Shown: positions 50,561 to 61,969 of the stretch, piece after piece
Layout of the letters: every line of letters starts with the position of its first letter
How positions within the stretch are numbered: the stretch's first letter is position 1
Assembly: GCA_028023455.1 (NCBI GenBank)
Contig: JAQFVV010000004.1
Location: 15,128,001-15,192,000, forward strand
DNA from: Epiperipatus broadwayi
Lineage: Eukaryota > Animalia > Onychophora
DNA: 64,000 nucleotides
Direction: 5' to 3'
The notes under the pieces: model-generated
Seen by the model: the letters and a program-made list of their open reading frames with translations, nothing else
What the model was told of the DNA's origin: nothing
Database searches by the model: none
Position numbers and translations under genes: made by a program

Positions 50561-51319
50561 CTTCACCATTAATCGTAAAGAAGCATGTTTTGCTATATCA
50601 AAAAGATGGACTAATTGACTCATTTGCATAAACTTTGCATATTATACACATTAGAATCATTCCATTGAATGAGTCACAACAGGCTATGATCATGAGAAAT
50701 TTGTTTTCTTGAAAGCGCTAAGCCATTTTAATTGCTATTAATTTATACAGCTTTACGTAATAAGTGTGTTAGAACTATTTAAAATCATTGACCAGCAAAT
50801 AAATCTCATTATTTTTCACTAAATATCAAAGCAAGAATAAACTTTCTTAAAGCAATTGTCTCTTTAAATAGTTGTTAGAGATTCATGCCTTATGGTGGGC
50901 TACTGAACTGATTTACTTTATTCATACTTAATTTCAATGAAGATATCACTGTTATAAATATTGATTATATCTTGAATTAATAAAAACTACCAAAAAATAT
51001 CTACAAAGAATCGTATAAGAAATTAGTTAATCTTGAAATATGCATGTCTTGCCTTTGAGTTGATAATTGAGCACACTCTTCATCAAAATGTACGTAATGC
51101 ATTTGTTGGTTTATATTACCTATACATACTTATATGTTTATTTTTAATGTATATATTGGTAATTACATTTATCAAACTTTTATTCCATTCAAGCACTAAA
51201 GAATTAAAAGTAAATTTAGTACATTGCCTATTTTCTGATTTTATTTCATAGATTACATTATGTTAGATTTTAGATATTTACAATAATTTTATATACAGCA
51301 TATGTAATATATTTGGCAG

Positions 51320-51531
51320 GTATGATATATCATGAAGAATGTCCGTGTCCTGTGTTTGATCTCAGTGGCTGGTCTAAACTCATGAATTGTCAGCAAACTT
51401 ATGAACAGATTGATAATGATCTAGCTCCTTTTTCTAAGATTGATATGATTAAAGTTGCAAAAGAAGCAGTTGAAAGGTTTAATCAAAGTGGTCGCCACAG
51501 TATTTGTCATTATTCCATTCTAAAAAATAAG
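51320..51531 (+). CDS. POGLUT2: POGLUT2/3 exon 3
   Basis: Acceptor TTTGGCAG| and donor AAG|GTAATA, phase 1 to 0. GMIYHEECPCP...MNCQQTYEQIDNDLAPF...SICHYSILKNK matches human VYHENCDCP...MNCPETIAQIQRDLAHF...SLCHYTLKDNK as recalled. Confidence 0.95.
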
Positions 51532-51959
51532 GTAATATTTATTTAAAACATTTTTTTTTTTTTTTAAATAACTCCAGCTTCTGAAATTAAATATTTGCAT
51601 GAAATGTATATTCTTTTAAACTTCTTCTTTCATACAATTTTCAATTATTATTATTATATTGTTTTTACTAAAAATATATTTAATTCTCAACTATCATTTA
51701 CATAGATAGCTTATACTATTTTTTTTCTTAGTACTTTTACAAGATCGTGTTTAACTGAAATTTATAGATATATATTAAGGTATGCAAACTGTTACGAAAT
51801 GATTTAATTTTGGTTATGCACTATATTATAATTGTTTCTGTATGCAGTTGATTTTGGCTCTTTTTTTTTTGCTTTAAATTGTAAGAGTAATTATATATAT
51901 ATATTCTTTAATCTTTTTGTTGTTTGTGTAAATACATGTGATGATGTGATGTGATGTAC

Positions 51960-52150
51960 TGTAGCTTCTCCTTAAACGAAGTCAAGAATCTCTCAACAAT
52001 TATGTCCGGAGAAATCTGTTAGCTACTTTATTTTACATTCCCCAGTCTATGTTTTCCCATATTCTGCTCCATCCCATTTCTACAACATAATCTTCGTCAA
52101 CTCTATGGCCTTTATATCTAAATTCCCCTTATTTTTTTCCAAACCCAAAT
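51960..52150 (-). mobile_element. LINE 3'-terminal fragment, same family as 11340-11530
   Basis: CGAAGTCA(A/G)GAATCTCTC...CTCTATGGCCTTT...CCCCTTAT.TTTTTCCAAA is shared with 11340-11530. Confidence 0.65.
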
Positions 52151-53399
52151 TGTGCTTTATAGTGGTGCCCTCTATGAAATAACTTTATTAAATTTATTAA
52201 AGTATCTTATTTTATTATTATTGATTGGGGGGAGGGGGTTCAAATTACTTTATTTTGCATATTGAAATAATTTATTTTCAGTGATATAATGAAAGAAACT
52301 TGTGTTATTTTAGACAAAAATAATAATTTGTTTTAATACTAGTGATAAAATATAAACTGGACTTATGAAATTTCTAATTCATAGCTTTATATTAGTAAAC
52401 ATTTTCAATCTACTGTTGGTTTAAAATATCATTTATACAGCTATTTAGAGATTATTTTATTTTTTTATGGTAATGGTGATATCATGTGAGATCTCTATCG
52501 ATATAAATTAGAAAAGATGTAAGACATTGCTTCTAAGAAATTCAAATTATAGAAATATAATTCATTTATTATGATCATTATACATCATTGCTGACATGAA
52601 ACCATGTGCAGTTTAATGCAACAGCACAGAGATGAATTCAGAGTTAAAGGTTTCAAAATTGATTCCCTAATGAGTAAAGTTTGAAAATAGAAAAAAAAAT
52701 TAGTTCCTGTCATATGACTTAAACTATTTAACACAACTTACTATTTGAATAGTTGAATGTGAAATAGCCTCCTAAATGTTTTCATATTTATTATTGACTT
52801 ATTTATCTTTGCTGATATAAGATGTGGCTTGAGGTTTGAAGATGAGATGGCTGTGTATGCATTACAAAAAAGAAAAGCTATGAAACTTTTTTGTCACATG
52901 GTATGCAAAAAAAAAATATTGTGTAATATCTCTTAGTAAAAAAAAAATGGAACCTGGTTTACATAAGCTTTCATGATATTCATTAATATATATAGTATTC
53001 TTTAAAGTGCTTTTTTGGAAGCTTTGAAACACTATCATTTTATCCAGCTCTGTGGAGAATATATTTAGTCCCAAACAATGGTGATTAAAATAAAAAAATG
53101 AAAATAATCTAATCAAATCTGCAGAATAAGTTTCACTTTTGATTATTTGCTAGTAATAAATTAAATTCTGATTAATTATTAAATTCATTTAGATGAACCT
53201 GTCTATTTTTGTTCTTTTATTAAAAAGATGTCTTAAAATTGAAAATAAATATTGGAAAGCGATGTGGGGTCATTTTTATTAACATTATAAGTATTCTTTC
53301 TGTATAGAGATGTATGCCATCTATAGTTATTTCCTGTAATTTTTTTATTTCTCCGAAACAGTGGTTTCTGTTAATGTTGAACTTAGAGCAAGATGCATT

Positions 53400-53660
53400 A
53401 ACATAATATAATCTCTCTTTTTTTATATTCTTGTTGAAATGAAATATCTGGTGTTTCTTGTGTATATTATATTACAATTATAGAATATTTGAGAAATTCC
53501 TGAGGTTTTTAAAGATCCTACAGTTTTTAAAATTGCCAAATATGTCAGAGGTTTTGTTAGAAAATTTAATGTGGAATTATTATTACGTTTTTGTAGAATT
53601 CTTACAATTTTATCGATAACAATTTTAATAAGAAAGTACTTTTGCAACATATTATGGTTT
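53400..53660 (-). mobile_element. Penelope GIY-YIG region relic
   Basis: KIVRILQKRNN...TKPL...SGISQIFYNCNIIYTRNTRYFISTRI resembles G.Y.I.C.CN..Y.G.T.R...TRI. Confidence 0.5.
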
Positions 53661-55442
53661 TGCTCAACTTTCTGGGAATTATATTTATTAAAAAAATTGC
53701 AAAGAAATTTACTACAACTGTCTTTACTGCAGATATTAATGATGAAGAATTCTTTTCAAAAGTTTTAATCAGCTTGTAGCTAGTAATATATGATCATAAT
53801 TGCCTTACTTCTGAATATGAATAATATCTCTCTTACATTAATTATTAGTTCGGTAGAAGAACATTTGTCATTAACTATTGACAATTTTATTGACTTAAAT
53901 AAAAACACATAATGTTTGGCAAAATAATTAGAAAATTATGAAAATACATTCAAAATTTGTTTGAGAATAATATCTAAGGAAAAAAAATTTTACTCGGTAA
54001 ATTGAATGGTGATTTGGATTTTGTTTCTTAATAACTTATTCAGACTTTAACTCTTATCTGCGTACTTTATTTTACTATTAGCATAAATGATCAATTATTG
54101 TTTTAGCATCAGTCAATATGTTTTTTCATCAATCATTGGCAATGGGTCATCTTGATGAAATATTCTTCTACATGGATAGTTTTATTTTAATCTGCAATGG
54201 CTATTACTAATCACATCAGTATAAATGTTTAAATGCCGTAATTTCATACTATTTTTTTTTAATTGAACAGGTGATCAACTCATTATCTTCCAAGTATTTC
54301 TCCATTTTGTAAAAATAAAATTAATTTAAATTTAGCTCACATAATATAAATTTTATGCTTCCTTTTTGTGATTTAGCTATATATCTCATACCATTTGTTG
54401 TCTTAATAGCTATAAATTTTCATCTTTTTCTAATGATTATTTTTTTCTACATTTTTAGATAAATATAATACTTAAACTTACTAATGACAGTAATAATAAA
54501 GAGCAAATTTATTTCATTATAATAACTGATTATAAGAAAGCAATCAAATGAATCCAGTTAAACAAAAGTAATTTTATATCTCCATTTTTGTAATTTTATG
54601 GCTTAATTTTTTAAATTTTTTTATTCAAATATTTTAATAGTTATTGTACATAATGATTATAATTTTTAAAAAAATCCAAATTTGAAATGGCATTTATATA
54701 AAACAAATACTCTTCTTAGGAGTGGTATGAGATACCGGTTGTAGCATTTATATTACTATACTGTATTGTTGCTCTTGCAGATTAAATTGAATTTTACTTT
54801 TAAAAAATAAGAGATATTTTCTCTTTCTCTTTTTCAGGTTTAATTTTTATACAGTAATTTAGAAATAATTATCTCTTTTATTTATTTTATTCCTGCATTA
54901 GAGACTATTAAACTTTGGCCCTTTTTTTTTCATTTTGTTACTCATTCATTAAAAAGTGAGATTTTGTTTCTGTTTGTCTATAACTTTGTCCTTTTTAAAA
55001 AAGTCTTACAAATGAATGAGTTAAAATTAATTATAGTAATTAGGTAAGATTTCATTTTTGTAATAATAAATTAAAATTTATTTCAGATTATTTATTTAAA
55101 CAAGTAATCTTATCTAATTACTATAATTAATTTTAATTATTGTTTTTTTTTTTTAAATTATCACATCAAGCGGATTTCTTTATACTTGAAATATAGATTT
55201 CATTCTTCACCAGCTTTTCTTAAATGATTACTTGAAATTGAAGTTGTTGTTTTTTTTTTATGACTTTTTTAAAATTAATTGACAGCAAAATGTTTTAGTC
55301 GGTCATCTTTGCTAAAATGTATCACTAGCCTGAAAAGGTATGACTTGTATTACTGATTTAATGTAAGCTTTGAGTTATTGAACTTCTAATAAGTACTCAT
55401 TTGAAACAATTACCTTAAAAAAATTTATTTGCCTTAAAGAGG

Positions 55443-55631
55443 GAAGTGAACTCCGGGACAACTGCTTGTAAGGCAACTGTGCTAACCACTCGGCCACCAA
55501 TGCTTGACAACATTTGAGGTGATATGATACTTGATAATATATATATAAGCAATTCTCTTGTGCTTTAAATAAAGATTATCTCAAGGTTTAAATTGTTGAA
55601 CTATTTTCCAACTACTGTTTATTTGTTTATA
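55443..55631 (-). repeat. tRNA-SINE head plus ~120-bp flank, duplicated at 57186-57373
   Basis: The ~105-bp flank is nearly identical in the two copies. The SINE heads differ at several sites, many of them CpG-type. Confidence 0.85.
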
Positions 55632-55789
55632 CAGTTGTATTTAGCTTTTATAGTAAATAATTAATTAATTTGTTGTCATAAGATTTTCTAATTAATAAAA
55701 ATATAAAAACATGTATTGTAATTGGCATTATTAAAAAAAAGGTAATCTATTTAATTATAAGAGATTTGAACTCAAACTTTTAAGCTCCC

Positions 55790-56050
55790 TACAGCTAACC
55801 AATCTATCTCATACAACTGACTCACATAACTACATACATGTGTAAAAGATAAATGATATCCAATATACACATTTCATGCTGAACCAGCACTCATCAGTTG
55901 GTCCAGATCACCATCTCCCACACATATATACAATCAGTGCCACTTTACATTAAGATAGCAAATCTTTAAACTTAAATAAACAACTTCAATCTTCTCCACC
56001 CACCAACTAACTCTTCAGCCATCCATTTTATTGAAAATCTGAGGATGGAA
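55790..56050 (-). mobile_element. H2 hammerhead-family copy; HHR about 55854-55910 (-)
   Basis: Minus strand ACCAA CTGATGA GTGCTG-gtt-CAGCAT GAAA TGTGTATA TTGGA. Core intact. Confidence 0.8.
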
Positions 56051-56418
56051 TGCTCAAAGTCCTTATTGAAGCCAATATTATTGTCATACCCATGTTGACA
56101 TTAAGTCAATCTGACCCCTCACACATAGGACCTTAATATGTCCATTTCATTATATAGAACAGGGATGGGCAGAATACATTAAGTAATCTATTTAAATATT
56201 TTAAAATCAAACATGAACTTTAAAAAATACAAAAAAATTCTCTTCCTTTTTTTACAGTTAAAGTAAAAAACAATGAAAAAAACATTTATTTTACAAAACA
56301 AGAAAATATTTTTAAAAAGGCTATAATCTTTTAGTTTGTGTATCATCATATATATTTGACATGCTGCTATTTCCATAAGATAAAATAATTTAAATTTGAT
56401 AATATAAATACATGATAT

Positions 56419-56709
56419 GACCACCACCTCTTATGCTTGTGTATAACTGTTGTTAAAACAGGCAAAACTCTCTAAACGTATTGCCACACACAGCAAGCTA
56501 GAGTAATCAATGGATGCCAGAAGGCTTGTGCATAAAATTCCCATCTAGTGTCTACTCATCCAATATCTCCAGAACAAGCCAGAAACTAGTCTGGGGATAT
56601 TGGATGAGTAGGCACTAGATGGGGATTTTATGCACAAGCCTTCTGGCATCCATTGATTACTCTAGCTTGCTGTGTGTGGCAATACGTATAGTGAGTTTTG
56701 CCTGTTTTA
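56419..56709. mobile_element. H1 fold-back copy E (near-perfect palindrome)
   Basis: 121-bp arms 56453-56573 / 56590-56710 with 5 mismatches and a 16-nt spacer. 15-bp TSD ATAAATACAT(G/T)ATAT (56404-56418, 56710-56724). Confidence 0.92.
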
Positions 56710-57151
56710 ATAAATACATTATATTATGGGCTATAGAATCTGATTGTAACATTTTCCTGCCTTTGGATTAAAAAAAAAGAAAGATCATACATGCTTAGCT
56801 TTAGTATTCTTTCTTTCTTCTTATTCAATATTTATTTTCTTTTTCAGCATTTAAAATCAATATCATATTAAGCTAGAGAAAATGTTGTGTCTATTTGACA
56901 TTCTATGGAGTATCCAATTGAAATATTGATTCTCTTGTTACTTTGCACTTTGTTTGTGCCAAATTTTATCTTGTTTGCAATAGTTTCATGGTACTGTTGG
57001 ATATTGTGTCCTTTTACTCTGTTAAATCATCAGGAACATAAGTTAAATTTGAAATCATTTTTCTTTATATGTTTGTATGATATATATGTATATGAAAATA
57101 ATTTCAGTGTCAATTACAAAGAACGTAACTGAAAATTTTTTAACGTTTGAG

Positions 57152-57248
57152 TTGATTTTTTTTTATGTCTCAAAGCATGAGCCGGGAAGCGAACCCCGGG
57201 ACAACTGCTTGTAAGGCTGTGCTAACCACTCAGACACCAACGCTTGAC
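57152..57248 (-). mobile_element. tRNA-derived SINE-like copy with A tail and TSD
   Basis: Minus strand GCGTTGGTG...GGTTAGC...CCTTACAAGCAG...GGTTCGCTTCCCGGCTCATGC-TTTGAGACAT-A8. 10-bp TSD AA(C/T)GTTTGAG (57142-57151, 57249-57258). Confidence 0.8.
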
Positions 57249-59605
57249 AATGTTTGAGGAGATTTTATACTTGATAATATATATATATAAGCAATTCTCT
57301 TGTGCTTTAAATAAAGATTATCTCAAGGTTTAAATTGTTGAACTATTTTCCAACTACTGTATATTTGTTTATAAATTAAGAAATGGCTCAAAATATAAAT
57401 TTCAAGAGGGTGAAATAATATTTTGTATGTAGACACTCCAAGTTATAAATTCTAAGAGGTTCAATTTATGTTTCATACTAAATTAAAAAAATATTCAATA
57501 GTTGTACATCTTTAGATCAAATAGTAATATTATAATATTAAAATCCAAGTGCTTAAATGTCTGTATTATTGTTTGAACAATTTGGCATTTTGAAATTTAT
57601 TTTCAGTCTTTAGTTTACTGTCTTTAGTGACAAGTCATTTTTCTAAATCATTTTCTTTTATTCAAAGTAGTAGTTGGATATATACTATTATTTAAATATT
57701 CCCCATTTTGAAGATTATTTTCATTAGGATTTTCCTTAATTGAAATATTTATTATTTTGTATAATAAAGTTTAACAATATTAATAGTAAATTTTATTTAA
57801 TTTTTTATATGATGCCTTGCAGATGTATTGGATATGTTTCTTCGTGTTTTTGGATTATAATGGTGGATACATTTGATCTATATTTTAAACATTGGTTTGT
57901 ATTTTTACTTCTTTTGTGGTGGATATGCTTTAATTTATAATAAAAGGAGAGTTTGTCAGTATCACTAAATATAAATTCTTTCAACATTGCTACCTGTGAA
58001 GCAAATATAAAGCCTGAATAAAGTAGTATATGTAAAAGTACTCTTTATTTATAGGCTGCAAAGATGTTAAATGTATTGAAATTCAGATTAATGAAAATGG
58101 GAAGCACAAAACTAAAACAGTTGCTAAAAAAACAACATATTTTACATTACCCGAATTTCAATATACTTAAAATTTTTGATGCCTATAGGTAAGAATTCCT
58201 TTTATTCATGCTGCTTTATTGAAACTTGGTGTTTTTTTCACAGATAGTACTACTGATGTAATCTAACATTAAGTGTTGCTAATATGATCTATTTTCTACA
58301 TTTGAATTTCAGCTATCTATATGCAACTGGCTTTATTTCTTATATAATATGCTTTGGGAGTTTTTAAAATTTTAAATGATTGATTAATGTATTAATCTTA
58401 TCTTGTATATGTAATATAAAATATGTTTGTTTATTAACTATTAAGATCTTAGCTGATTTGATTTCACACTTCGTGTTTACATTAGTTTGAATTTTAATAC
58501 GCTTAAAATCTTTGCAGTTTATAGATAAGAGTTACTTTTTAACTATGTTATCTTATTCAGAATTTACGTTTATTTTACAGTTAGTGCTGCTGAAGCAATT
58601 TAATGATAGATGATGATGATAAGATCTGCTTTTCATATTTGAATATTGGCTAATGATGTGCAGCTGGTTTTATATCATCTTAAATATTTATCTGACTGAT
58701 ATGTTTGACCTGTATTTATGTGTCTTGGCCGAAATGTTTGATCTAATTACTAATTTTGTAATTCTACCAATATCTGTATCTACTGTTATAGAAATATCAA
58801 AACCTATGGATTTTAGTAATAAGTTCACTTCATAATGTATGGACAGCCTGTTAACTTTTTTAACTTTACTTCCTTTTTCAGCAGACTATAAATGCTTCAA
58901 GCTAAACTTTGTCGTAAAAGTATTAACATATTAAGCAAAACTGTATGAAATGATATTTCTCCTGACTTATGTAACAAATAAAATCCTTTTGGAATTGCTT
59001 TGTCCAAATTAAGGTTTCTGCTTTATCCATAGCAAGATCATCCATAACTGTGTTAAGACTCCAATAACAGTATCTACTCGTAACAAGAATCATGACTTTC
59101 AGGTGCAATATTGATGGCATATGTCTCTCAGAACAAGTTGGCAGTATTTAATGACCACACACTAGGATCAAAGTATATAATCAAAAGATGACAATAATAT
59201 GGGATTAATTTACTAATAAAATGTAAAGAATGACAGGAATTTATTCATCTATCTATTAATTTTCAAAGACCATCTAATAGCTTGGATAAATATAAAAGAG
59301 AAAACAGATATTGAAAAACTGGCAAAAATTGCATAAACTGTCAAATATTTAAAAAGGACTGACCTAGAGTCTCGCCATTATCTTCAATGATCCACAGAAT
59401 AAAAACATATCAAAAAATCCATATATCATTCATAATCTTGGCAACATCAACTTTCATTACATTTTATCTAACTATCTTTCATAAATATATTTTAAGTCTC
59501 CATCTGTGTCATTTGTGAGACATAATGTTTTGGATGATTTTTGTCATCAAATTTTTATTTAAATCATTTTTTTAAATAAATGTTTATATTTTATAACGAG
59601 TTGTT

Positions 59606-61060
59606 AGGAATATTTACTAAGGCTTTAACCTCAAGAATATGCGTGTAAAATGCTATATTAGGAACCTCTACAGGTCTTAACCACAAGCTTACGCTTTGTA
59701 AGAAAAGAGGAGAACCCTTCTTTACTTCAACCTACTTTCTATTTAAATGGGTGAAGCTGAAGAAGTTAGATGTAAAAGCGTGAATCTATTAAATACCTCA
59801 CTGATTAAGTCCACGTTTCTTATTACACATTAATACTCATGAAAATCTTTCAATTTACAATGAGTCAATGGAAAGCTCTTATAGTTAGAAATCTATTATG
59901 ATGATTTAAAGTTGTAATTATAAATTTATTTAAACACACATTGATTACATAATATTTACTAAGGCTTTAACCTCAAGAATATGCGTGTAAAATGCGATAT
60001 TAGGAACTTCTACAGGTCTTAACCACAAGCTTACGCTTTGGAAGAAAAGAGGGGAACCATTCTTTACTTCAACCTACTTTCTATTTAAATAGGTGAAGGT
60101 GAAGCGGTTAGATCTAAGAGTGTGAAGCTATTAAATACTTCACTGATTAAGTCCACGTTTCTTATTACACATTAATACTCGCAAAATCTTTCGATTTACA
60201 ATGACTCAATGGAAAGATCTTATAGTTAGAAATCTATTATGATAATTTAAAGTTGTAATTATAAATTTATTTAAATGCACATTGATTACTTAAGTAATAT
60301 TTACTAAGGCTTTAACCTCAAGAATGTGCATGTAAAATGTGATATTAGGGACCTCTACAGGTCTTAACCACAAGCTTACGCTTTGTAAGAAAAGAGGGGA
60401 AACCTTCTTTACTTCAACCTACTTTCTATTTAAATAGGTGAAGCTGAAGCGGTTAGATCTAAGAGCGTGAAGCTATTAAATACTTCACTGATTAAGTCCA
60501 CGTTTCTTATTACACATTAATACTCGCAAAATCTTTCAATTTACAATGAGTCAATGAAAAGATCTTATGGTTAGAAATCTATTATGATTTTCTTCCAAAG
60601 TATAAGCTTGTGGTTAAGACCTGTAGAGGTCCCTAATATCGTATTTTACACACATATTCTTGAGAGTAAAGTGTTAGTAAATATTACTTATGTAATCAAT
60701 GTGCGTTTAAATAAATTTATAATTACAATGTTAAATTATCGTAATAGATTTCTAACTATAAGATCTTTCCATTGACTCATTGTAAATCAAAAGATTTCGC
60801 GAGTATTAATGTGTAATAAGAAACGTGGACTTAATCAGTGAAGTATTTAATAGCTTCATGCTCTTAGATCTAACCGCTTCAGTTTCACCTATTTAAATAG
60901 AAAGTAGGTTGAAGTAAAGAAGGGTTCCCCTCTTTTCTTCCAAAGCATAAGCTTGTGGTTAAGACCTGTAGAGGTCCCTAATATCGCATTTTACATGCAT
61001 ATTCTTGAGGTTAAAGCCTTAATAAATATTACTTATGTAATCATTGTGCGTTTAAATAAA
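59606..61060. mobile_element. Single insertion of ~345-bp unit multimers: ~2.85 tandem copies + ~1.4 inverted copies
   Basis: Unit starts at 59609, 59951 and 60296. Inversion junction near 60588; inverted period 345. 16-bp TSD TTTATAA(C/T)GAGTTGTT (59590-59605, 61061-61076). Confidence 0.9.
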
Positions 61061-61530
61061 TTTATAATGAGTTGTTGTAACTTTTCATAATCAGTGATAA
61101 ATATTTTCATTAAGGGCAGGTTTAAACTAAGTTTATTATCTAGTCTCATTTTCTTTTAGCAGAATATTGTTCTGTCACAGTATTTTAAAAATTTTAAACT
61201 TTAATGTTTTTTTTAATTTAATTCTGGTCTTATATCTCAAAACTGTTGTCTTTTGGGCAGTTCATCATCATATGCTTACTGTCATTACAAATTTTATAAA
61301 TTTTATACACATTTTTTCAACCTTATATTTTTCAGATCTAATCATCTTTTCATATTACTAGTAAAATGAAATAAATTATTCTCTTTATATCTTCCATAGT
61401 ATTCTTGATTGAGTCCTTTGTGGGGTTTATTGCACCAATTTTTTTATCAACTAAATCTGTTTTAATATTCACTCTATTGATTTGAAACTCTTCAGCATTG
61501 AATTTTGGTCTCTAATCAATCTTTCTATTA

Positions 61531-61969
61531 ATCTGAATTTCTATAGCTGTTTCATTTCTTCTACAATAAATTTTTGTTTCTATTTCAACTTTAAATTTTT
61601 CTACAGTGCCCCTTCAACATTTTTGGTTTTAAAAGTTTCTTTAATAATTTTTTAAAGTTGTCATTTTTTATTTCTCTGTATTTTATTTTTCTACTATTTT
61701 CTGTCTTTTCATAACTATCTGAGTCTCTCTTCCATGTATTTTTAGCTTCTATCTGAATTTCTATAGCTGTTTCATTTCTTCTACAATAAATTTTTGTTTC
61801 TATTTCAACTTTAAATTTTTCTACAGTGCCCCTTCAACATTTTTGGTTTTAAAAGTTTCTTTAATAATTTTTTAAAGTTGTCATTTTTTATTTCTCTGTA
61901 TTTTATTTTTCTACTATTTCTGTCTTTTCATAACTATCTGAGTCTCTCTTCCATGTATTTTTAGCTTCT
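61531..61969 (+). repeat. ~220-bp near-perfect tandem duplication within a probable decayed LINE relic
   Basis: ATCTGAATTTCTATAGCTG...TTTTAGCTTCT x2 (61531-61750, 61751-61969). Confidence 0.9.

Noticed and set aside
59606-61060. Twister, pistol, HDV-like or minus-strand HHR motifs in the 345-bp unit
   Set aside because: Only fragments match (TTAAATAG, AAGCGT, GGTCCC, TATTA-atgtg-TAATA-a-GAAACGTG). The required pseudoknots or core nucleotides could not be assembled by eye.
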